IMG/VR virus record: IMGVR_UViG_3300045988_068752
Coordinates: 1 to 55,990 of that record
DNA length: 55,990 bases
Source: a virus
Reading direction: 5' to 3' (one strand)
In this document: piece after piece, positions 20,237-27,933 of the stretch
Layout: every line of letters begins with the position of its first letter
How positions within the stretch are numbered: position 1 is the stretch's first letter
The notes under the pieces: model-generated
Told to the model about the DNA's origin: nothing
Database searches by the model: none
The model's input: only the letters and a program-made list of their open reading frames with translations
Translations under genes and position numbers: made by a program

Positions 20237-22102
20237 TTATCCCCCAGGAACTCCTGTACGAGCAGCTTCAGATCCAGCAGCAGATCCAGCAGCAGGTTTG
20301 AAGTATACCGCAGCTTTAGCACGAGTAAGCGCACCAGACAAACGAGTTTCAATCAAATATTTCTGTTTGTTGAAGTCGATGTCGAAGTGTTCAAATGTGT
20401 TAACTTCACCACCACGGTTTGTACCGATTTGGTAGTCAGCCAAGTTAACCATGATCATTTCATCTGGTTTCAAGAAGTTTGTTTCAACGATTTCAGCAAC
20501 ACCAAACAATGAAGCAAGGTATTCTTTGGTAGCTGGTTGTTGGCCACCGAATACCCATTGTTCGTTCTTGTTACGGAGGAAACGAAGTTTAGTCAAGAAT
20601 AGAGGGTTCACGTAAAGTGATGGAGTTCCTGAACCAAGCATCTTAGTTTTCTCAGTAGCAACAGTTTCGAACAAGTCAAGAAGAGCGTTAGGGTTGTAAG
20701 TTGCTTTGATTGTGTAGAAGTCTTCGTCTTTAGTGATTGGACGAATCTTGTCTTCTTTGATTTTAGCAGCATCACCAGTAGCACGTCCGTCAGATACAAG
20801 GATTGCTTGAGCGATTTCGTCGTTCAACTTGATGCGCATTTCTTGGTTGAAGAATGCAGCAACGTTCAATTGTTGACCGATATCAATTTGGTCATCACGG
20901 TCAATTGATTGTTTTTTATAGATTGTTTGTGGGTCTGTCTTACGAGACAAGAAAGAAATGATTTGTTCTTTCTTTTCAGTTCCCTTGATATAACCTTTAG
21001 CACGAAGTTGTTCATCAGTCAAGTCAGAAAGGTCTGTCATGATAGATTTAACAAATGCAGTTGGTACTTTTGTTACGCTTTTAAGAATGTGTTCAGTAGC
21101 AGTGTTAGGAGAGTAGATTACTTGTACTCCGCCTTGAAGCGCATGATCAGGGAAAAGTTTGTCAATGTTGTTCATTGAGTGTTTAAGAGTGTCGCCACCG
21201 TCCATTTCAGAAAGAACTTGACCTACTGTACGACCACTTTTTTTAGCGGTTTCCATAGCAGCTTCAAGTGAGTGGCGAATTTCTTGTTCGTCATTTACAT
21301 TTTGTCCAAATGCATTATAGTGCATGATTTGTCCTCCTAGGGCAGATTGTTCTAATTCGGTTTCTTCATCGTCATCATCGTATTCTTCGGCAAGTTCGCT
21401 CAAAACTTCACCAACACGTTCGTCTACAGCATCTTCAAAGTCTTCTGCAATTGCAGCTTCATGTTGTTCCAAAGCTTCGTTTACCGCAGCTTCTGTAAGA
21501 ATAGCGACTGCTTCTTGTTGATCTTCATCAAGAGTTCCAAGAACTCCATCCATGATATCAGTAGCTTCACCTTCGTCCGCGTGTTGAATACGGTCGAAGA
21601 GGCTAATACGTTCTTGTCCAAGCAAAACATCGTTTGCTTTATGTAAAAGTTCGTTACTTTCCATTATAATAGTTTCCCCTTCATTAGGATTATCGGAGTG
21701 CTGTAACACTTCCGTAATAACAGCGCCTGGATTGGCTCCGGCGACTACAAGTGATACTTCATAGATATTACCATGGATAACGTCATTTTGGGGCGTACGT
21801 TTGATACGATTTGCACCGATTGACATCGACCAGATATCTCCATGTTGTACGAGTTCTTTGGCGCTTTGGGCTTTTGGAGTATTGTTGAAATATCCTTCGC
21901 CGTAAACGCCGTCGTTCGCATGATGCAACATAACATGACCGATTACATTCTCTGGCGTACTATGATCATGTGACCAAACCAGAGGAACCTTCTGTCCGTT
22001 ATTGTCTTTAAACGCACCATGTCGAATAATAACACCGTCTGTACAACGAGTGTCGTTACGAGTTACATAACCCGCGAAATCATACTTGGGATGTTTATCC
22101 AT
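20237..22102 (-). CDS. Prohead protease - acidic scaffold-like linker - HK97-fold major capsid protein fusion (621 aa)
   Basis: The N-terminal ~140 aa look like an HK97-family (S78) prohead protease (AGYVTRNDTRCTDGVIIRHGAF...VPLVWSHDH...EVSLVVAGANPGA). An acidic block EEYDDDDEETELEQ follows. The C-terminal ~300 aa are capsid-like (...MIMVNLADYQIGTNRGGEVNTFEHFDIDFNKQKYLIETRLSGAL). Confidence 0.75.
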   Translation of the reverse strand: MDKHPKYDFAGYVTRNDTRCTDGVIIRHGAFKDNNGQKVPLVWSHDHSTPENVIGHVMLHHANDGVYGEGYFNNTPKAQSAKELVQHGDIWSMSIGANRIKRTPQNDVIHGNIYEVSLVVAGANPGAVITEVLQHSDNPNEGETIIMESNELLHKANDVLLGQERISLFDRIQHADEGEATDIMDGVLGTLDEDQQEAVAILTEAAVNEALEQHEAAIAEDFEDAVDERVGEVLSELAEEYDDDDEETELEQSALGGQIMHYNAFGQNVNDEQEIRHSLEAAMETAKKSGRTVGQVLSEMDGGDTLKHSMNNIDKLFPDHALQGGVQVIYSPNTATEHILKSVTKVPTAFVKSIMTDLSDLTDEQLRAKGYIKGTEKKEQIISFLSRKTDPQTIYKKQSIDRDDQIDIGQQLNVAAFFNQEMRIKLNDEIAQAILVSDGRATGDAAKIKEDKIRPITKDEDFYTIKATYNPNALLDLFETVATEKTKMLGSGTPSLYVNPLFLTKLRFLRNKNEQWVFGGQQPATKEYLASLFGVAEIVETNFLKPDEMIMVNLADYQIGTNRGGEVNTFEHFDIDFNKQKYLIETRLSGALTRAKAAVYFKPAAGSAAGSEAARTGVPGG

Positions 22103-22123
22103 TATACGACATTTCCTCCATCA

Positions 22124-23446
22124 TTATTTGCCGCCATTTTGAAAGTCCTCTTCCGAATACTCTCCATCTTGGGGGTATTGAGCGTATTCATCGTATTGAC
22201 CTTCAGGGGACCCGACAGACCCAGGAATAGACACATTCTGACGAGCGTCAGAGATATTTGGATTATACAATTGGTCAGCCATAGGGTCGGCGATAGGACC
22301 GTATCCGATGACTGCACGGAATTCATTAGAAGTAAGAATTCGATTACGAAGCAAAGAATCACCAATCGTAGCAAGTTGACTTGTAGGTACCAATTTAAAT
22401 GGGTCACTATAAGTAACAATACGATGGCCTTGGGTATAACCAGTCTTGGTTATAAATTTTCGTTGAAATTCTTCTTGAATCCGTGTAACAATAGGATCAA
22501 TTGTTCTTGTATAATAGTTTTGCATTTGTTCCGCATTAGCGGTACCATCAAATACTGCTTTAGTCAAACCGATTTGGCTTAACAATTCATCTGTCAAATA
22601 TTTAATCTCATCCATTAGGTTGGAATTAATTTGTCTATTCAACTGAGTAATCTTTTCATCGGCAGTAATATATGCAATACCCAAATTAGAATCTTGAAGT
22701 TGTTTCTCAATATCTTTCACACGTGCATCAGCTTCTGCTCTCTTGATATCATTTCTGACAGGGACAGGAAGTTGAAGAATCATGTTCCATTTATTAGCGA
22801 CCGCATCAATATCTTGTTTATCTAGGATAGACAATTTTTGAATTAGGCGGTTCATAGTTGGGTTGTCATTACCTAAAATATTTGCTAGTGGATTTTCGAT
22901 AATCGCACACATCTTCTTAGGTACTATAACCTCTGAGAAATCCCCTTTATGTTCGTTATAAAGTTTTACACGAACCTTTGTAGGAAACCATTCCATAATT
23001 TTACCAACACGCATTGACTTAATATCATACGCCTCAGATTGAGTTGGGTCTAAAGTTGCTTCGACTGGAACAGCAGCCACAACCCCTTCATCAAATAGAG
23101 AATATACTAAATCATGAAAGAAATCTGTAGCGGACTGGTCCATGTTCATTTCAACTTCAAATAATCGTTGCAATGAGGACCCATACTGGACAGTCTGATT
23201 CTCTTTATCTTCAGCCAATTTAACGTGTTGAAACTTAACCGCACTAGCATCCATAGCGATTCGGTTGAAGATCATTGAAGAGATTGATGCCCTAGCATAT
23301 GTTCTTGATGGAATCGAATTGTTAGGATTAAGTGCTCTAGGTTCAGTCGATAGTTGAAACACGGGTTGTGTTTCGGTTAATGATGTTGTGTCATTTCGGT
23401 TAAACATAGACCAGGCATGTTGTAAACCATCAGTAAACATACTCAT
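22124..23446 (-). CDS. Portal protein
   Basis: 440-aa ORF between TerL and the protease-capsid gene. Confidence 0.7.
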   Translation of the reverse strand: MSMFTDGLQHAWSMFNRNDTTSLTETQPVFQLSTEPRALNPNNSIPSRTYARASISSMIFNRIAMDASAVKFQHVKLAEDKENQTVQYGSSLQRLFEVEMNMDQSATDFFHDLVYSLFDEGVVAAVPVEATLDPTQSEAYDIKSMRVGKIMEWFPTKVRVKLYNEHKGDFSEVIVPKKMCAIIENPLANILGNDNPTMNRLIQKLSILDKQDIDAVANKWNMILQLPVPVRNDIKRAEADARVKDIEKQLQDSNLGIAYITADEKITQLNRQINSNLMDEIKYLTDELLSQIGLTKAVFDGTANAEQMQNYYTRTIDPIVTRIQEEFQRKFITKTGYTQGHRIVTYSDPFKLVPTSQLATIGDSLLRNRILTSNEFRAVIGYGPIADPMADQLYNPNISDARQNVSIPGSVGSPEGQYDEYAQYPQDGEYSEEDFQNGGK

Positions 23447-23461
23447 AGTATTTCAGCCTTT

Positions 23462-25189
23462 CTATCCGAATAAGTCTAGATTACGTTTATACGCAACCCA
23501 TGCGTCAATAAGCGCGGCAACATTATCAATCTTTTCATCAGCACGACGTTTAGATAATTTGTAGTTACCGTTGTTGTCTTGAATTGCTATAGCATTACCC
23601 ATAGCGAATTTCATAAGTTCTTCATCGAAAATAAGAAGACGTTCTGTAGCCAAGTTTTTAAGTTCTCCCATAGGTACAGATTCTGTTTTGGCGCCTTGTA
23701 TTACTTTCTCAACACCGTATTCTCCATTGTCGCGAATCCATCTTTCAACAAATTCTCGAGCGTTATACGGGTCATAACCGAAAGCGTATACAACATACTT
23801 ATGCTCATAAATCATTGCTGTTAGGTCGTCGTAGACTCTGTTCATGTCTAAGACTACCCCATCCATAACTATAAGAGTTCCTTCAGCAATCAATTCGTCG
23901 TAACGATTTCTCATGGCCGAGGTTAACTTTTTAAGTTTCGATTCACAAACATAAGACCTAGTTTTTATACCGAACCTTCCCCTACCAAGAGGGAATAAGA
24001 ATGTAAATGCACAGAAGTCATCCCCTTGTGATAAGTCGGCGCCCAATGTACATTCTAGACCATCAAAGTTCTGAGGTCTATGCGGTATAGTTTCTTCATA
24101 TACAAAGAAATATGTGTATCCTTCAACAGGAATACCAAAACGTTTAGCGAGAGTATCCGCTCTTGTAGCAGGTTGATTCTCTGCACGTTCTACTTCATTT
24201 CGATAAGTTTCGTAGGAAACTGTAGCTCCCAAATTGGGATTGGCTTTCATCCATAGCTCAGGATAAGCCACTTCTCTAACGTCGTCGAGTCTATAGTACC
24301 AGATAGATACATGCGGGTTGAAATATCGGCCTTCCAATATGTCTACCAGCTCCATCTTGATAGTATCCCCGACACCGTCACGAGCAGTTCCTTCGGAAGA
24401 TGTAGCGATTATGAGATAGTTGTCATTCTTGGAAGCACCTTGTTCAATTGCCCCAATGACATCTTCTCTAACTTCCCCAGATAGCCATTCATCTACAGAA
24501 GCGTACTTACATCTTAAACCTTGTAGCTTATCAACTGACATAGGTCTTATTTCTAAGAGACTATTCGTGGCAAAATTTTCAACACCCTTCTTAGTAGATG
24601 CCAATAATTGTTTCTGAGTAAGATTACCAGTCATTTTAGACCCCTGAACCATGTATTGAATCAGAGGACCTTTAGCTCTACTTAAAGCAGTTCTAAATGG
24701 ACCCATAATTTCCTCAGCTTGCTTCATAGTTGGAGCAGCAACTACCTGATGGGTTGTAGATGTGTCAATCAACAACATGTATGCCTGCATGTATGTTGAG
24801 TATAGTGATTTAGCAGCACCACGTCCGACAATAAGATACTGTTTGGTCGTGAGTCGCTTAAATTTTGTTTTTATTTCCCATTTACCGAGTTTAGGATTGT
24901 AGACCTTGTCCTCGGAAATGTAAAACCAAGCGAGGGCACACTCGGCCCATAATTTAAAGGACGGTAATAGCGTGACATCGCTACCGTCTGTTAGAGTCAT
25001 TTCATTTTCGCAAAATCTAACAAAGCCTTCAATCGCTTGATTATCGTAGTAATAATCCGGTGACTCAATTAAGAAGTCAATACGGTTCATTTCCAGAGAC
25101 ACCATTCGATTTACCGGAATCTCACCTCTAAGAACTGCTTCTTTGAACTTCATGTATTCTTCCGGATAAGCTTTATTGGATAATACCAA
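23462..25189 (-). CDS. Terminase large subunit
   Basis: Walker A LIVGRGAAKS, Walker B-like YASVDEW, and C-terminal nuclease-type acidic motifs (GADLSQGDDF, GYDPYN, KIDNVAA). Confidence 0.9.
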   Translation of the reverse strand: MVLSNKAYPEEYMKFKEAVLRGEIPVNRMVSLEMNRIDFLIESPDYYYDNQAIEGFVRFCENEMTLTDGSDVTLLPSFKLWAECALAWFYISEDKVYNPKLGKWEIKTKFKRLTTKQYLIVGRGAAKSLYSTYMQAYMLLIDTSTTHQVVAAPTMKQAEEIMGPFRTALSRAKGPLIQYMVQGSKMTGNLTQKQLLASTKKGVENFATNSLLEIRPMSVDKLQGLRCKYASVDEWLSGEVREDVIGAIEQGASKNDNYLIIATSSEGTARDGVGDTIKMELVDILEGRYFNPHVSIWYYRLDDVREVAYPELWMKANPNLGATVSYETYRNEVERAENQPATRADTLAKRFGIPVEGYTYFFVYEETIPHRPQNFDGLECTLGADLSQGDDFCAFTFLFPLGRGRFGIKTRSYVCESKLKKLTSAMRNRYDELIAEGTLIVMDGVVLDMNRVYDDLTAMIYEHKYVVYAFGYDPYNAREFVERWIRDNGEYGVEKVIQGAKTESVPMGELKNLATERLLIFDEELMKFAMGNAIAIQDNNGNYKLSKRRADEKIDNVAALIDAWVAYKRNLDLFG

Positions 25190-25200
25190 AACGTTATCTC

Positions 25201-25650
25201 CTATTTCTTAATTACTTTAACAAGTTGCGTTGTTAAAGGAGCATAATCCTTAGGTTTGTTTTTCATAAAGTCATTAGCGACAGTCTTAAGAGCTACACCA
25301 GCGACTGTAGGAACAACAAATCCTGCAGCTTTCTTAAGAGTACCTTTAACAGTAGGTCCGCTATTGGTCTTATTGATTTTGTTTGCTCTTTGGATTTGCT
25401 CTGCGAAATCATTCTCCATGCGTAATCTGTTAGTTGCATTTCGAAGATCTTTATCAGTCATAACATGTCGATTGTTATACTTTTTATTCCATTTACTATT
25501 TGCAGCTTTATTAGCCTTTTTAATTTTATTGCGGGAATCGTATCGGTTCCTAAGTTTTCGGAATCCCCATTTCATACCTTTGACACCGTGGTGTTCAATG
25601 GTATCTAGATCCGAAACAATAGCAATAAGTTTTTCATCATTTAGGCTCAT
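25201..25650 (-). CDS. GMKWG-motif family paralog (149 aa, basic)
   Basis: MSLNDEKLIAIVSDLDTIEHHGVKGMKWGFRKLRNR...; C-terminal hydrophobic patch AAGFVVPTVAGVALKTV. Confidence 0.8.
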   Translation of the reverse strand: MSLNDEKLIAIVSDLDTIEHHGVKGMKWGFRKLRNRYDSRNKIKKANKAANSKWNKKYNNRHVMTDKDLRNATNRLRMENDFAEQIQRANKINKTNSGPTVKGTLKKAAGFVVPTVAGVALKTVANDFMKNKPKDYAPLTTQLVKVIKK

Positions 25651-25981
25651 TAAAATCCTCCTTTTGGATGATTATACGATGAGCAGTAGATTGAATAGAT
25701 TTTTCTAGGGAAGTAAGTACGCTCCCAGCAGGAGGGTCAAATTTAATTCTGATGTTAAGATAAACATACTGCTTGACCAATCGAAGTAAGTGTGTGTCAG
25801 TGGTATTTAATAATTGTTCCCAATTTGAATCTTCACTCATAACAAAGTCTTTGTTAAGTTGTGCTAGTTGAGACAATTCACCAATGATACCGTCTAACTC
25901 CATAATTAATCTTGAATCAAACCCGTCGTCTTCTTCCGAAGCAAAATCTAAAACAGACTTTACGTCTTTTAGAATTGTCAT
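25637..25981 (-). CDS. Hypothetical protein
   Basis: ATG at 25981 follows GGTGAGGTGG. The ORF-track start at 26026 would overlap the HNH gene. Confidence 0.55.
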   Translation of the reverse strand: MTILKDVKSVLDFASEEDDGFDSRLIMELDGIIGELSQLAQLNKDFVMSEDSNWEQLLNTTDTHLLRLVKQYVYLNIRIKFDPPAGSVLTSLEKSIQSTAHRIIIQKEDFNEPK

Positions 25982-25988
25982 ATCCACC

Positions 25989-26420
25989 TCACCATAATTT
26001 AGTGTCTCCAGGCGTTCTTTCAACATAATTAGATTCGGGATAAACTTTCTTATAATGGATTATAGCATGAGTTTCGTACGAAGTTGTTATTAGTAAATCT
26101 GGATTGAGAAGAATGTCTTCATTCCATTCTAATAAGTCTTCTTCGGTTACAGGAATCATATGATGAACTAATACTCGTCCCTCGATATTGATACCAGGAA
26201 CTCCTAGGTCATAACCCATATCTCTAGCGATAACATAATCTCTAAGTTCTCGCCAAAGCTTGCTTCGATAGAATCTATTAGATATCTCTCGAGGTGATTT
26301 GTATCCTCTATTTATTAATGACAGATAATTTAATCTGTCACCAAATGAATCAAATGTTATAAGTTTAGAATAACTCAAATCTTGAAGAATCGTTCTATCG
26401 GTTGTTAATAATGATGTCAT
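25989..26420 (-). CDS. HNH endonuclease
   Basis: VLVHHMIPVTEEDLLEWNEDILLNPDLLITTSYETHAIIH contains the HH...N...H..IH pattern. The gene sits in the packaging module. Confidence 0.65.
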   Translation of the reverse strand: MTSLLTTDRTILQDLSYSKLITFDSFGDRLNYLSLINRGYKSPREISNRFYRSKLWRELRDYVIARDMGYDLGVPGINIEGRVLVHHMIPVTEEDLLEWNEDILLNPDLLITTSYETHAIIHYKKVYPESNYVERTPGDTKLW

Positions 26421-26734
26421 AGTGCTTCAGATGGAGCATAACCACGAATTGCAGCGATTACTGCTTCGCTATCTCCTTTTCCTTTTACTTCACTGTCAAT
26501 CAAACTGATTTTGGATTCATTGAGTTTCTTCTTAGCTTTTAAGTTTTCCAACTGGATTTCGTTTTCAATTGTACCATAACGAAGCAATGCGTTCAATGTA
26601 CTGGGAGCGATAGTTCCATCTTGTAACTGTCTTTCCGCCAAATCAAATGCTTGCTTAGTTAATTGTTGCATTCGTCCTTCTGGAGTGAATGCTTGACGAA
26701 TTAAATAGTCGTCTTTATTTTTCTTCCGGGGCAT
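26417..26734 (-). CDS. Hypothetical protein; possible small terminase subunit
   Basis: 105-aa basic N-terminus in the packaging neighbourhood; no diagnostic motif. Confidence 0.3.
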   Translation of the reverse strand: MPRKKNKDDYLIRQAFTPEGRMQQLTKQAFDLAERQLQDGTIAPSTLNALLRYGTIENEIQLENLKAKKKLNESKISLIDSEVKGKGDSEAVIAAIRGYAPSEAL

Positions 26735-27053
26735 CTTCGATTACCTCCGGTTTCTCCTGAAGCTCGCGAAGAACACGAACAGCATGTTCGATATAGTCTT
26801 CTGCTTGATCAACCGTTAAATTAACTTTTGTTTCTTTAGCGAAACTCAAAAGTTTTTCTAACGCTTCTCGTTTCTTCTCATCATTAGGTAACAACATGTT
26901 ATCCAATGAAGATACAATAATCATAGCACGTTCTGCTAAAGTTGTAACTGATTTGTTGTGTGTAGCAGCTCCCAAATATTTAACCAATTCAAGAACCACT
27001 GGCGCAACGAAAACAATTAAAGTTGAAATTTCAATAAGTTTATCAACTGTCAT
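26715..27053 (-). CDS. Hypothetical membrane-associated protein
   Basis: ATG at 27053 follows AAGGAGA. Hydrophobic N-terminal segment IEISTLIVFVAPVVLELVKYLGAA. Confidence 0.55.
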   Translation of the reverse strand: MTVDKLIEISTLIVFVAPVVLELVKYLGAATHNKSVTTLAERAMIIVSSLDNMLLPNDEKKREALEKLLSFAKETKVNLTVDQAEDYIEHAVRVLRELQEKPEVIEDAPEEK

Positions 27054-27459
27054 TCTTAGTCTCCTTATGTCTTTGTTCTTCAATATAGTCATTAACTAAT
27101 CTTGTTATATAGGAGTTTCCTCCTTTATTAACATACGAATCGTATAGTGACAATATCTCGGAAACGGATAATCTTTCAGATTGTATTCCAGTAACTATTT
27201 GTAAACGAAGAAAATCTCTTTCTTGGGTTTGTTGCATCTCTTGAAAGCTAACAGTAAGTGCTTTCATAGAATTTTTAATACCCTCAATTTCTTCGTTTTG
27301 CTTCTTTTCCAAGTTAGTCCATAGTTTTTGGAATACTCTTGAGCCAAAACCAACGATCGACGCTCCAACACCAATGTACACACCAATCTGAGAAAGAACT
27401 TCAGGAGAAAAGAACCAGTGTATCAGAGCTTGTACGTGTTCAGCCATCTCTTGGGACAT
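27043..27459 (-). CDS. Hypothetical membrane-associated protein; first gene after the GC-rich island
   Basis: ATG at 27459 follows AAAGGAGG. Hydrophobic segment VLSQIGVYIGVGASIVGFG. Confidence 0.6.
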   Translation of the reverse strand: MSQEMAEHVQALIHWFFSPEVLSQIGVYIGVGASIVGFGSRVFQKLWTNLEKKQNEEIEGIKNSMKALTVSFQEMQQTQERDFLRLQIVTGIQSERLSVSEILSLYDSYVNKGGNSYITRLVNDYIEEQRHKETKNDS

Positions 27460-27611
27460 GGTCTACCTCCTTTCAGTGTATTTTGACCCCACTTTGGTAT
27501 CCTCGAATCTGAGTTTTAACCCACTCCGGGGATATTTTAGGGTGGTGGGGCGATGCAGGGGGGTGGGGTTTCTCTGCGGACCCTCCCCCTATGGGTCTGC
27601 AGTTACGTCTC
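27460..27611. other. GC-rich, G/C-tract-rich non-coding island (candidate cos/pac or late regulatory/leader region)
   Basis: 152 nt without a credible ORF in an AT-rich genome. G-tracts lie at 27528-27568 and a 10-bp hairpin at 27574-27602. Confidence 0.6.
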
Positions 27612-27920
27612 CTATGTATTTGTTGGTAGACGAATAGGTGTTGGTGTTGTAGGCTTACACACAGTCCAAACATCAGCAACTGGTCCATCATCAATGATGT
27701 AATTAATGGCAGTGGCATGGCGTTGAGCAATCTCAACTTCATCTAACGCATCATCAGTGTTGCCAATGACTTCAGCTAAGAGTTCTGGTGTGTTGTAGCC
27801 ATGTTCAGTGTCCCAACGAGACCAAGCATCATAGTCGTCGAAAGGATTGTAAGGGTTGTCAAACGTTGTTAACATAGTATCAACGACCGACGTCTCTTTA
27901 ACGTAATCTAGTTCATCCAT
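27612..27920 (-). CDS. Hypothetical acidic protein (102 aa)
   Basis: ORF directly downstream of the RNAP gene. Confidence 0.6.
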   Translation of the reverse strand: MDELDYVKETSVVDTMLTTFDNPYNPFDDYDAWSRWDTEHGYNTPELLAEVIGNTDDALDEVEIAQRHATAINYIIDDGPVADVWTVCKPTTPTPIRLPTNT

Positions 27921-27933
27921 AGAGTTCTCCTTT

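Noticed and set aside
27473-27742. 89-aa minus-strand ORF spanning the GC-rich island
   Set aside because: It overlaps the well-supported ORF 27612..27920 in another frame. It has no RBS, and its P/H/G-rich translation simply reflects the G/C tracts.
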